This document shows positions 10,560 to 21,895 of a stretch of 42,314 nt of DNA, piece by piece. The position numbers and the translations under genes are program-made. Below the pieces are notes generated by a model that was given only the letters and a program-made list of their open reading frames with translations, ran no database searches and had not been told where the DNA came from. The stretch is from Veleropilina oligotropha (lineage: Eukaryota). How positions within the stretch are numbered: position 1 is the stretch's first letter; the number at the start of each line of letters is the position of its first letter. The stretch lies in assembly GCA_048128005.1 (NCBI GenBank), contig JBEUKZ010000068.1, positions 372,001 to 414,314 on the forward strand, read 5' to 3'.

Positions 10560-13500
10560 CTAATACCTTTCATACGGGCGTATATCGAGTTCGCTTGATC
10601 TCTTGTTTGCTTTGGTGGGTTGATTTGTTTCTTTGACACCGCGCTTTTTTGTTACTTGTTCCCTTTCTAAATGGTCACATATTTGGCTAAGACATGGCCG
10701 CACCTCTGATTGAGAATGGCTGGGAGACGATTCCCTGTCTGAAGGGCACATGTGCTGGGTGATAGATGGGCCCCCATCTGGTTGACTAGCGTTGGAAGCC
10801 GATTCTCCCTCTGACGAACACTGTGTTTGTATGGTAGCTGGTTCTCCCTTTGACAAACTTCCCTGTGGGTGATACTGAACTGGGTCCAAGTTACCCCCAT
10901 CGCACTTTGGGCAGCTATCCAAAAATGGAGCCGTCGAATCCCGGTCACCGTAATCGAATAACAGTTCTTCGTCCATCTCGATGTCATTTATGGCCTCAAA
11001 GAAGAGATGAGGTGTGCCATTTAATTCTATGTCACCTGGTTTTGCTTTGAGAATCGAGCAGCACCGCGAATGGTTCACTAATCGTCCCATTGTGTCATTA
11101 TCGATGGTACAATCCCGGTAGTGCGTTTTGTCATTACATTTAAAACGGTACATGTAGCCCATTTCTGTTGTGTCGTGCGGAGTTTCAGTATATTTTCGGT
11201 CACCTTCCTTTCCGGTGAGTAAACCCTGGAATAATCAAATACCACCTGACCCTTCGACATGGGTCTGGTTGTGAATACTCCTCTCCCACGTTGGGACAAA
11301 TTGGGCTTTTATCATCGCACAGTCTGGCCACATCTTTAACGTTGCAGAGGAGTGAAGCTCCGTTATTTTATCTATTGTTAAGTGCGATGGGGGGCCTTTC
11401 GCCTGCGGCTTTGCACTGGTGTGTGACGTAATGGTATACTTAGCTACTTTGGAAATATCTGTCCAAGCTGGAAATTCTTTCAAAATTTTGGCTGTCGCCT
11501 CATCGATGTTGGCAAATTTCCTTCTTGGAAACATTTCCAAAACATGTTTACCCCTAGCAACATGTCTATCATCTCGCCACTTCGTGAGGAGGCTTTTCTC
11601 GAAAAGCGCTATCGAAATAGTGTCCGATAGCCCTTGGAAGGCACTCATCGATCTCATCATTTCCAGCAATTGGATAACTGATGGAACATCAGCATCACTA
11701 CGGATAGGAAACTTATCCAACATCGCTCTTGTTATTTCATCCTTTCGGTCTTTGTCAGTCGTATCACTCTCAGCTGATTGAACGCTGGTTGGTGATGCCG
11801 ATCGTGCGATATTCTCACCAGACTCGTCCTGAGTGGACATATCGTCCGTTGGGGGTTCCGTACTCGCGATTACAGACTCGCCTTGTGCAGGCATATTTCT
11901 GTTTGATGACTTAGCAGGCAGATGTTTTCTCTGATCAATCAATGTATTTACATAATCATCGCCTTGTTGCGCTATATTATAGGCCCCCTGCTGTTTGTAG
12001 TGCATTTTGGCCGTCTGCGCGGAATGCCCAAGGCTTATGTTTAAAGAATTTTGTACCAGAGGGTCCAACCCGGCATCCTCTGCTTGGCTTTGCACCACGT
12101 GTCGCACGCTTGTGGCTGTTGTTATTTTCACTTTGAACTCTTTCTGCAAGTCATGCATTTCCTTCGATATATTAGTGTACGGATCATCACTACCATACCT
12201 CAGGAAAAATTTGTCGTGTGGGCCGACACGCGTCGATCTAAACCGCTTTGCATAAATGCGCAGTAGATCGTACGTTTCAGCACTAAGTCCGACAATGGCT
12301 GGTCGCTGTGCACCAGTCTTGTGATCGGCAACACTGACCTGAAGTTTTGCTTGTACGTCTTGTGTAACACGCTTCTTCAGAAGCATGTATTCTGCAAAAG
12401 TTAAGCCCATTGCAAAACCTGGTCGCTGACTATGGCGCAATGTCAATGAATACATCAAGTATCTGGTAAAGAATACATGATCGGATTGACTGTCATTGCG
12501 GGACAAGTTTGTGCTATGCTTGCCATGTAATGCGACGATCTTAGCAATACGTTCTCTTACACTTTCATTGACTTCTATGGCACAGAGTGCAGCGCACCAG
12601 TGTCAATGCCCTCCATATTCCGCTCAATGGTCATTTGTGTGCTTACTTTATTTATTCGTGTTATGTTTTTGGTTAACCTAACACGAATAGCGATGTGCGC
12701 CTTTTTAAGTGCTCTGTGGAGGTCATGGCTGAGATCTTCGTCGTTTTCTTCTAGAAAACAGCAATATTTGTCCACACTTGTGAATTCATTTTTCAAAGCA
12801 CTTGGCTGAAGACCATAGCCTTTTCATTCACCGTCCAAGTCCATTGTTAATCGGTCGTGATAAACTTCGACAAGTTTATGATGTTTCAGAAAGGCGGTGG
12901 GGTCAGTTGTTTTAGTTCGTAAACCAGCTGTTTTTTGTACAAAGCACAGTATTTTCGATATCATGTTTACTTGATTTTTAGCGCAAGCTGTCTTAAATGC
13001 ATCTTTTGCACGCATTAAATACGTGAAAAACTGATTCAGATGTTCGCATCCCTCGCCATTATGTTCTGACACTGATATTGCGTCGCTAAGTCCCGCTGTC
13101 TTTCTCATGGCTCTAATTTTCCCTACTGCTTTTCTACCTCGATATATATCACCGCGGTAAGTGCTGTCGTCAGTAACTCTTGCTGGTTTGGTAACAGAAT
13201 CGCCAATATCTGAGGTAGGGGCGTCAGTTTCGATCGGCGGTCCCACCGTCTGTTAATATTGGTTCAGTTTGTCGTGTGGGGCGGTGCGTTGACGGCACTG
13301 GATTCACTTGCAATTGAACCTCGGCCATTACAGCTATGGTATGTGACATGCCGTCAGCATGTCTTGTGCATTGGCGCATTGCCGGCACTGGATCATCTTG
13401 CGCATGAACATCTTCCATTACAGTCATGCTATGGGGCATACCATCGCCATGCTCACTGTGAGTGGGTAACACATTATCATCGGCCAACTGGTCAGTGGCA

Positions 13501-13924
13501 GTCAATTCGGCATCATTGTCATTGCTAGTAGCTGGTTCCAGACTACGGTCAACGACGAGTCCGGGACGAACGTCCGTGTTACTTGTCGGCAATGTAGCAC
13601 CCCGAGGTAAAACACATACACGAGCATTTGAATAGTCACCGACAACCGTGAGTCCTAGCCCGTTCAGCAGTCGCACCACATGCGCAATACAGTAAAACCG
13701 TTTTATGGGCTTACAATGTCATCCATGTCATTGTTTGTCACATACGGACGTACATGATATAATTTGTCAGTGATGTCTTTAACAAGCAAGGCTGCTTCTT
13801 CTGCAGATTTTTTGTGTTTCTGCCTTATATGTCTAGGTAACGTTACGAATGATTCATAACATAACGGACATTGACGGGCTATGCGCAATAGCTTACCGCC
13901 ATCTGCCTTATCATCAGAAGGCAT
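10560..13924 (-). pseudogene. C2H2 zinc finger-tyrosine recombinase-SET domain fusion gene (about 1100 codons; 5 frameshifts and 1 in-frame stop)
   Basis: Consecutive minus-strand ORFs join: CPLC..LPRHIRQKH; YR motifs HSQRPG, DHKT, TSVRH, LGHS, HY; SET motifs RGRGVF, GRLVNHS, ELLFDYGD. Confidence 0.88.
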
Positions 13925-14005
13925 GACTAAACTCACCAGATTTTTATGTCTTGACCTTTTTGTAAAAAAGGACAAGACATTATCAAATGGTCCGTGTGTA
14001 TATAC

Positions 14006-14037
<32 letters not shown>

Positions 14038-14689
14038 CCGTCGATTTATTTGAAAACTACCAGGTCAATTTTCACCAAAATTGGTACACACATTCCCAAG
14101 AGTATTTGTAGGTCGTGTATATAACTTTCGCGACACAATTTTGCAAAAATATGCATTTATTGAGCACTTTAATCCATATTCGTATGTAACTGATGTCTAA
14201 TATTGCAAGCAAATAGCAATGACGTCATTATGACGTCGCTTTAGATTAATCGTCATTTGGTGACGTCAAAATCGACGGGGTAGTAATTTAAGCCATGAAG
14301 TACTTGCACTTAGCCATTGTATTAACTGTTATGAAAATTTGAGGGAAATAAAGAAAGGTCAAGACATATTTCGAACGCGTCGTTCTTGTTTTCTTTATTA
14401 TATGTAGGCTCAATATTCTCCAAATCTAAAATAAAGGATGATCAAATGTTAATATATGTACGATATTTATGAAATAAATTAATATCCTAATGATAATGTA
14501 GTAATACTAATATTATTATAGAACACTTTCAATTCAAAATAATACCCTGTACTTATGAGAGGTCAGCTGTACGGTATCATAATGGAACTAATGAATAATG
14601 TAAACCGCCATTTAAGAAATTAAAATATACATACACAATTTCGGGTCGCCGGAATAACTATTTGGTAGGTGATTCAGTTCATGTGCTCA

Positions 14690-14775
14690 TATGTATATAT
14701 ATGTATATATATGTATATATGTATATATGTATATATATGTATATATGTATATATGTATATATATGTATATATGTA

Positions 14776-14819
<44 letters not shown>

Positions 14820-14835
14820 CATATGTACGTACGTA

Positions 14836-14892
<57 letters not shown>
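14690..14892. repeat. Compound microsatellite (TA/TATG)n-(GCAC)n-(CA)n
   Basis: Direct reading. Confidence 0.97.
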
Positions 14893-15097
14893 GTGTTTAA
14901 CTACACTTATGAGGACTGTGAGTGGTTCCTCACTTTCGAAGACAGCATTAAATATTGCTAAATATGCTGATATACATAGTTGTAAATATTCCAAAACTGT
15001 TCACATAGTAACAAATGCAAAATTTATTACAAATTTGACAATTTTTATATAATTCGTTTTGTGGTTGATTTATAGGTACTTGTGATGCTCATGCTAC

Positions 15098-15425
15098 TCC
15101 ACTTTTGAGGACACACTATAATGTCACTACTTCTGAGGACACACTATACAAATACAACTTACGGGGACACACATACATTTAATATTTCTGAGGACGCACT
15201 GGAATATGGTCACTTCTGGGGACACACTGTCTCTCTTCCACTTCAGAGGACACTCACAAATTTACCACTTCTTGGGACACATTAACGATTACCACTAATG
15301 CGGACACACTAATAATTACCACTTATGTTGACACACTAGCAATTACCATTCTTGTGACACACTTGCAATTACCAATTATGTGGACACACTAGCAACTACC
15401 AGTTTTAAGGATATGCAAATCACCA
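15098..15425 (+). repeat. Degenerate 27-28-bp array, about 12 units, core CACTTCTGAGGACACACT
   Basis: GGACACAC-like core recurs every ~27 bp with variable flanks; duplicated at ~40408-40735. Confidence 0.85.
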
Positions 15426-15583
15426 CACATCCAGACGTATTACAATAGCGATGATATCGCATATCGGGACCCGCGTGCAATTACAATGCGCATCTTATAA
15501 TAAGTTTTCTACAAATTTAGTACTTACAAATAATACTCTTTGCGTAATAAGGGATATGAAGACAAACTGTATCGTGTATGAAT

Positions 15584-15800
15584 ATAGCATTGGCGGGTGA
15601 GTCAGACTCTCAACTGAAGCTGTTTAGTTGGTCCAAGGTTCGAGATCATCGTCGATTCATTCTTACCTCTTAAAGTAATAAAAGGCATAACCAGAATGTA
15701 TGTCGGTCAGATCGGAGTGAGACCTTAAACCGGGTGTCCCGAGTACGATACAGCAGAAAATTGCTAAAAGTGGTCGTAAAACAATGTTGCCAACCAATAA
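15584..15800 (+). mobile_element. Degenerate tRNA-derived SINE-like sequence
   Basis: Box B-like GGTTCGAG near 15637; 3' end ..TTGCTAAAAGTGGTCGTAAAAC..CCAACCAA; further copies at ~19795-19910 (3' part) and ~40893-41108. Confidence 0.45.
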
Positions 15801-16099
15801 ACAAGCATGACTGAATAACGTATGACTTTATAAATGGAGTTGTTGTTTTTTTTGTTTTGTTTTTTATCTCACCAGGGAGCTAAGTCCCCGATGTCATAGG
15901 GCCGAAAGGGTAATAAATCGATACACTGGTAAATTTGACCAGTGCATCGCATTAACGGCACATAGTGCCTACTTTACAGACAGATAGGCCTAACTGGCCT
16001 AATAAGCAACTAAAACGTTGCTTAAAAACAAACATATTATAACATATATTCTGATCTAAAATACAATAAAAGGCAAAAGCCAAAAATGTGATCAGAATA

Positions 16100-16430
16100 T
16101 CACAAATAAAATATATACAAATAGGCATAACGGCCCGACAAAAATGTGACCAAAGTGCCACACACAAAATATATATATACAAATGGGCATGACGGCCCAA
16201 CCAAGGCATAAGCCAAAAATGTGCCCAAAGTGACACAAATAAATAAATGGCATAAGCCACAATCAATATATATACAAAATGTGACCAAAGTGCCACAAAC
16301 AAAATATATATATACAAATAGGCATGACGGCCCAACAAAGGCATAAGCCAAAACTGTGCCCAAAGTGACACAGTTTACAAAATGTGACTAGTGTCACTAA
16401 CAATGTGACCAAAGTGTCACTAAATAAAAG
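16100..16430 (-). repeat. Degenerate tandem repeats in the Tx1 3' UTR
   Basis: Recurring AAAATGTGACCAAAGTGCCACA and GGCATGACGGCCCAA blocks. Confidence 0.8.
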
Positions 16431-16583
16431 GTGCTAGTGCACCACAAAATTTGTAATAGATTTGCAGTCGAATAAATGGATGAGGAGGCCAGGCGCAAAA
16501 CTTGACCATCGATGTTGAATTGGATGGTCTGCGACCATAAACCTCCCGGTTGTGTATCAACTGCAAATCTACTACAATTATAT

Positions 16584-19031
16584 TTACAAAAGGACTGTCA
16601 GTCGTGAACCCTCCAAGCTTGCAAACACGTCATTGTAGCACCATATGCGTGAGAAGGAGGCAATGCCCCTCTTGCTCAGCAATGCGCGTTCATGTTCGTA
16701 TAATACGAACATGCGCAATTGGGCCACAAAGACGGCTCGCAAGCTAGCAAGATGATCGAAATCATCTTGCGGAGAGTACACCTGATGGCAACGACGTTTC
16801 CACAAGACTGACAGTCCATACATGAGTAAACAATCGACCACGACCCTGTGATCCTTTGAAATTTCAGACCACAGGGTGCGGTCCCGAAATATTATGTACA
16901 GGGCAGGAATTGAGACATCCTGCCCTAGATAACGGGAAAGAAGGTTGGCAACCCAGACCCAAAAGGAGCGGGCAATGTCACACTGCACAAATAGATGTAA
17001 TAGTGTCTCTTCGCCAGACTGGCAAAGAGGACAACTGGCATCCGTGACAATGCCCACTTTCAGCAGCTTTGCTCGAACCCACAACTGCCTCTGCAGTAGC
17101 AACCAAGCAACCTCGCGGACAGTGTTGGGGACAGGCATCTTAAATATCCCCAACCATATTGGTTCCCAGTTGCTTGGCGCGTAAGTGGGGTCCCAAGCTT
17201 GGACGGCAACGGGCTCAGTTGCATGCTCATCGACCAAATGGATATACCATTGTTTGGACGACAAGTCAAAACAACTGTGCCTAGTACAATCCCAAGCAAT
17301 GACGGAATATACCCTGGACGCGGATTCCCGGTCTCCGGCCGGCAAGGCGAACCAGTCGCCAGGAATCGCACGTTGTAGGTAAGTACATAGACGTCTAGCG
17401 TCCAGGGCTCTCGATGAGGTCTTGGTGACAATGGCTTCGATCGACAGAAATGTTCTGTCTTCGCGATCGACCAAGTCACCAAGTGTCATGATACCTCCCC
17501 TCGCAAATGAGGGGAAGAACAGAGGACGTCGACGATCATCAAGAATCCGATCATTACCCCAAAGGGGTTCCAGCAAAGCTGCAGCCCAGGACTCTGGTTC
17601 AGGATGCTCCACTAATATGGAGTGCAATGCTTTGGCCATTGTTACAATGGCAGGCGGAAGCTTGGTGATGCCAGGTGGTCGGGCATCACCAAAAAGCATG
17701 CACTCCACGTCGTATGGAGCAATTCGTCCATTCGCCAGAGTTCTGGACATTTGGGCCCATGTCTCCTCACCTTTACACAGTTCAGAGACATGCTTTAGGA
17801 GAAGGGAGGCGCACTTGGATTTAACATCTATCAAACCCAACCCCCCACTCTCCAAAGGCCCAATCAAGGTGGTCCGAGAAACCAACGGCTTCTTTCCCTC
17901 CCAAACAAAATTTAACACAAGTGTGTTGACCTCGTCAACCACACTGTCGGGCATTGGCACAACTGTGGCAGTGTACCACAGTTGCGACAAGGCAAGGGTG
18001 TTGACGACCATGACCCGACCAAACAAGGACATTGGCCTTCCACGCCACCGTGCTAAGGTGGTACGCACTTTGTCGACGCGAAAGGTCCAATTATCCTTGA
18101 TGGCCCCACCAACCGAGTGAAAAATGCCAAGCAATTTCAGTCGGTCGGCGGTCCACTTGATACCAAGTGGACTATCAGTCCTATCTCTCCAGGAACCAAG
18201 AAAAAGTCCTTCGGACTTTCCGATGTTAACCTTAGCCCCTGAAGCTGCCTCGTAATCTTTGAGGACAGACGATAGGACGTCAAAGTCATGATCGTCACCA
18301 GGAAATAGGGTGGTGTCATCAGCATACTGAGATATTTTCAGTGCCTCTGACACCCCTGTCACAGTGACTCCCTGAAATTCCGGATTGTTGCGGATGCAAG
18401 CACCGAGTACTTCCGCTCCAATAACATAGAGGAGCGGAGACAGGGGACACCCCTGTCTAACACCACGCTCCGGAAAAACAGGGTCGGTAAGGAAATTATT
18501 AATAATAACCCTACTGGAAATACCACTGTAACAGGTCCTAATATATCCTATAAATTTTGTACCAAAGCCCATCTTTTCCAGGACTTTATAAAGAAAGTCC
18601 CATTCCAAGCGGTCAAAAGCCTTCTCGTTATCGAGACTAAGGACACCGCAAGGAATGTCCTCACTGTCCGCCATCTCTATGAGGTCACGGACAAGTAAGG
18701 AATTGGAAAAGATCGAACGCCCAGGGACAGCGCACGTTTGGTTCTCGTGCACCACATGGTGCAGAACCTTTCCCAGGCGCAAGGTAAGGGCTTTGGTAAT
18801 AATTTTATAATCAGCACAAAGAAGGGAGATAGGCCGCCAGTTCTTTAAATCGGCCTTATCCCCCTTCTTGTAAAGTAGCCGGACGACAGCTTCCAACATG
18901 GTGGGCGACATCCCACCCTGTTGAAAAATGGCATCCGCCACTTCCATAAATGATGGCCCAATAAGAGGCCAAAAATGCTGGTAAAATTCTGCCGGGATGC
19001 CATCGATTCCCGGAGATTTACCAGCATTCAT
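16584..19031 (-). CDS. Tx1-like ORF2, RT and C-terminal zinc-binding part (endonuclease lost; frameshift near 19080)
   Basis: KSPGIDG, NWRPISLL, GVRQGCPLSP, YADD, CPLC..ETLLHLFVQC; upstream KYFCSLE motif near 19299. Confidence 0.92.
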   Translation of the reverse strand: MNAGKSPGIDGIPAEFYQHFWPLIGPSFMEVADAIFQQGGMSPTMLEAVVRLLYKKGDKADLKNWRPISLLCADYKIITKALTLRLGKVLHHVVHENQTCAVPGRSIFSNSLLVRDLIEMADSEDIPCGVLSLDNEKAFDRLEWDFLYKVLEKMGFGTKFIGYIRTCYSGISSRVIINNFLTDPVFPERGVRQGCPLSPLLYVIGAEVLGACIRNNPEFQGVTVTGVSEALKISQYADDTTLFPGDDHDFDVLSSVLKDYEAASGAKVNIGKSEGLFLGSWRDRTDSPLGIKWTADRLKLLGIFHSVGGAIKDNWTFRVDKVRTTLARWRGRPMSLFGRVMVVNTLALSQLWYTATVVPMPDSVVDEVNTLVLNFVWEGKKPLVSRTTLIGPLESGGLGLIDVKSKCASLLLKHVSELCKGEETWAQMSRTLANGRIAPYDVECMLFGDARPPGITKLPPAIVTMAKALHSILVEHPEPESWAAALLEPLWGNDRILDDRRRPLFFPSFARGGIMTLGDLVDREDRTFLSIEAIVTKTSSRALDARRLCTYLQRAIPGDWFALPAGDRESASRVYSVIAWDCTRHSCFDLSSKQWYIHLVDEHATEPVAVQAWDPTYAPSNWEPIWLGIFKMPVPNTVREVAWLLLQRQLWVRAKLLKVGIVTDASCPLCQSGEETLLHLFVQCDIARSFWVWVANLLSRYLGQDVSIPALYIIFRDRTLWSEISKDHRVVVDCLLMYGLSVLWKRRCHQVYSPQDDFDHLASLRAVFVAQLRMFVLYEHERALLSKRGIASFSRIWCYNDVFASLEGSRLTVLL

Positions 19032-20238
19032 GCTTTTAATGGAATCTGTGAGCTCCTCGAAAGATATGGAGGAGTCACCAAGATTCCTTTAGATGTAAGG
19101 GTAGAACCTTATTTAAGTTATCAAGCAGAGGGTCCATGGTATCAATGTTAACTCCCTCTGACTTGAATAAGTTTGAATAAAAGTCATGGGCAATCCCCAG
19201 CATCTCATCTTGAGATGTGACAATTGCACCATCCGAAGAGGATAGGGACCTAAAAGAATGCCCTATCCCCTTATGGCGCTCAAGAGAGCAGAAATATTTT
19301 GAATGGAGTTATGTATGTTATGCATGTATGTATGTATGTATATTTAAATGCATTTGCATAATGTATGTATTATATGTGCGTATTTTTGTATGCCTTCGTG
19401 CATTTATATAAATATGTATTGATAAATGGATGTTTCTACGCATGTTTCAAAACTGTGTATGTTCTTAACTTCCGGGGACACGTGAACTTTCACGGACACA
19501 CACTGTTCGATGATATTATAACTAAAGTCTATAGTAGCTGAGGATCCAGATAAATAAAAAGTGTTTCCAAGTTCTTGGTATGATTATGCAAGTGTGCGTT
19601 TTTTCGTGTCTCGACACAGCGAGTTTTATTGTCGCATTTATCTTGCATGATTGATGTTGAATCAATGTCTTGCTTGTTGTGTGGATCGAAAACGATCGAT
19701 CCACCTTCCCATATTGGTCTTGCAAGATAGTTATGTATACAAATTCATCTTGCTTTCGCAGGAGATATAATCTAAGAAAGCCAAGAGTGAATTCATAACC
19801 AGAATGTATGTCGGTCAGATCGGAGCGAGACCTTAAACCGGGTGTCCCGAGTACGATAGCTGAAAAATTGCTAAAAGTGGTCGTAAAACAATGTTGCCAA
19901 CCAATAAACAAGCATGACTGAATAACGCAGGTCTTTATAAATGGAGTTATGTATGTTATGCATGCATGTATGTATGAGTAGTATATGGGTCTCGTTGAGG
20001 GCAAATGACCTCATACGTATGTTGCAAGGTGTGTTGCAATACCTGTGACGTAGTTAGGCATACTATGTATAGGTATGACGTCATATCTATGTTGTATACT
20101 AGATAATTATAGGGTCAGATGAGTCATACATGTGTTTATGGATACCTGTGTACTAGATAATTATAGCCTCAGATGAGTCATACATGGGAATACCTGTGTA
20201 GGTGCCAGCCGCTCCCCCCTCTAGGGGGTATTACCTGT

Positions 20239-20549
20239 ACATGGGTAGACCCATTCGGTGTCCTATATGACGAGGTACACCTATGATATATTACATGGGT
20301 AGACCCATTCGGTGTCCTATAGGACGAGGTACACCTATGATATATTACATGGGTAGCCCCATTCGGTGTCCTATAGGACGAGGTACACCTATGATATATT
20401 ACATGGGTAGCCCCATTCGGTGCCCTATATGACGAGGTACACCTATGATATATTACATGGGTAGACCCATTCGGTGCCCTATATGACGAGGTACACCTAT
20501 GATATATTACACGGGTAGACCCATTCGGTGCCCTATAGGACGAGGTACC
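20239..20549. repeat. 54-bp minisatellite, about 5.7 copies
   Basis: Unit starts at 20239, 20293, 20347, 20401, 20455 and 20509; contains palindromes ATGGGT-AG-ACCCAT and AGGT-AC-ACCT. Confidence 0.95.
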
Positions 20550-20698
20550 CATGTAATGTGCACATATTTGTGACGTAGTAGGAAATATTTCGCAATAGAA
20601 CTTCCCCATCTTCCAAATCTTGTCAACTAAACATGTCAACACATGGCTATTTACTATGGGAAATGCGATATCTTGTGTCAGCTTCAGCAGGCGACTAG

Positions 20699-21279
20699 TG
20701 TGATATGTCACCAATGTTTTGTATTGTGAGATCGTCCGAACATATTATGGACAGTTCATATGCACTTGGCTAGTTGCATCAGTTGAGTGTTAGTGGGGGA
20801 ACTCCAAAGTAGGTCAGAAACAAAGCAAGCTTAATTGGTCTCTTTTGTTCAACTACAGGCTAGGAAGGATAGGAATAGACATGAGAAGCATGAGCTTTTA
20901 GATCAGAGTTTGAGAGAGAAGAGGTGGGGTAAGATGTGTGTGGTTGGAGGAGGAAAAGTAAGAAGCTAAAAGAAATGTGGTATGAGATGAAATGGCCTAA
21001 GAGCCAAAAGACTGAAGGTAAAGCTAAGAACTAAGTTACTGTGAATAGCAGATAATCACGAGGTGGAGATCGTGACACAATAAGGAGCGCGTGTAAAGGG
21101 TTATCGATGTTCCAGGTTGCGCGAGTTTCAGGAATTTGCTTGCCCAAACTAATGACTATTATTGGTTGCCAGACTAAATGTATTGATATTGTATTTTTGT
21201 ATCTAAGTAAATTGTATTATATTTCATAACCGAGTTTGATCTTTCTATTTTGTGTGGGTCCAATACACCACCCATAACA
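20699..21279 (+). repeat. 5' LTR (581 bp)
   Basis: TGTGATATG...CCCATAACA; one mismatch to the second LTR seen (21163 vs 26886). Confidence 0.96.
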
Positions 21280-21282
21280 AAT

Positions 21283-21295
21283 TGGGGGCTCGTCC
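21283..21295 (+). promoter_or_regulatory. Primer binding site, tRNA-Pro
   Basis: TGGGGGCTCGTCC is complementary to the tRNA-Pro 3' end and lies 3 nt after the LTR; repeated at 27006-27018. Confidence 0.9.
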
Positions 21296-21418
21296 AAGGT
21301 GTGAACAAATGTGAGCAATTAGGATAGTAGTGTTATTTTATTAAAGGTAACTATATTAAAATCAGTAATTGTTTATATCCGTTCATTGTTAAATGCCGAA
21401 AGATCAAACTCAGTTAAA

Positions 21419-21895
21419 ATGTCGTTTGATGTAGAAAGTTTTGTTGCAGAAATAGAGCTTGATAGACTGTTGGCATTAAAGAAAAGTGAATTGATTACGG
21501 TAGCCAAACATTATTGCATACCATGTGATGGAGAGGCTAGAAAACATGTTATTCAAACAACAGTCATTGAGTGGTTGGCCGATGAAAATGTGATTGCATA
21601 CGAAGCAGTAACCAGGCAGATAAGTTTGAATGTGAGCGAGGATGACTCAAATGAGCAAACTTCTGAGTTAGAAAGGTTTAGAATGGAAAATGAGAGAATG
21701 AAATCAGAATATGAACTTAAGGAAAAGGAATCGAAAGAAATGGTGAAACTTGATAGAGAGAGACAGGTTGAATATGATGAGAGAGAGATAGCGAAGTTAA
21801 GATTAGAGGCAGAGATCAGGGATTCAGAATACAGAAGGCAGATAGAATTAAAAAAGCATGGATCTGGAACGTGTCAGATTGGAAGAGCAGGGTAG
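21419..21895 (+). CDS. Gag N-terminal coiled-coil part, separated from the main ORF by a +1 shift at an A-run near 21850
   Basis: Glu/Arg-rich helix; removing one A from TTAAAAAAGC fuses it to the next ORF (IELKSMDLERV). Confidence 0.75.
   Translation: MSFDVESFVAEIELDRLLALKKSELITVAKHYCIPCDGEARKHVIQTTVIEWLADENVIAYEAVTRQISLNVSEDDSNEQTSELERFRMENERMKSEYELKEKESKEMVKLDRERQVEYDEREIAKLRLEAEIRDSEYRRQIELKKHGSGTCQIGRAG

Larger units (their letters stand above)
15842..19301 (-). mobile_element. 5'-truncated L1-clade (Tx1-like) LINE
   Basis: 9-bp TSD AATGGAGTT at 15833-15841 and 19302-19310; A-rich tail at 15842-15865; empty site present at 41141-41150. Confidence 0.93.
14870..19793 (+). repeat. Copy 1 of a ~1.5-kb direct repeat (14870-15841 plus 19311-19793, split by the Tx1 LINE)
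   Basis: Nearly identical to uninterrupted copy 2 at 40166-41635. Confidence 0.93.

Noticed and set aside
10560..13924. DIRS/Ngaro retrotransposon assignment for the YR
   Set aside because: No linked DIRS-type RT/RNase H or split/inverted terminal repeats; nearby RTs belong to separately bounded elements.
14220..14268. Three CRE-like TGACGTCA/G sites upstream of YR-SET
   Set aside because: They sit in sequence resembling a generic interspersed repeat, with no evidence of promoter function.
14662..15052. Several YIYI/THTH/CVCV ORFs (similar ones at 39183-39400 and 41574-41942)
   Set aside because: Translations of microsatellites.
15098..15425. CRISPR-like repeat/spacer pattern
   Set aside because: Cores are degenerate and spacers are only ~10 bp; kept as an iteron-like array instead.
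15584..15650. tRNA gene
   Set aside because: Only a box B-like motif is present and no cloverleaf can be formed.
17422..18120. 232-aa plus-strand ORF and other antisense ORFs inside LINE and gypsy genes
   Set aside because: Shadow frames of genuine RT ORFs.
20239..20549. Possible CRISPR array
   Set aside because: Whole units repeat with no unique spacers, there are no cas genes, and the context is eukaryotic.
20178..20714. 178-aa ORF with an 18-aa repeat
   Set aside because: Frame stays open only because the 54-bp unit lacks a stop; it starts inside the LTR.
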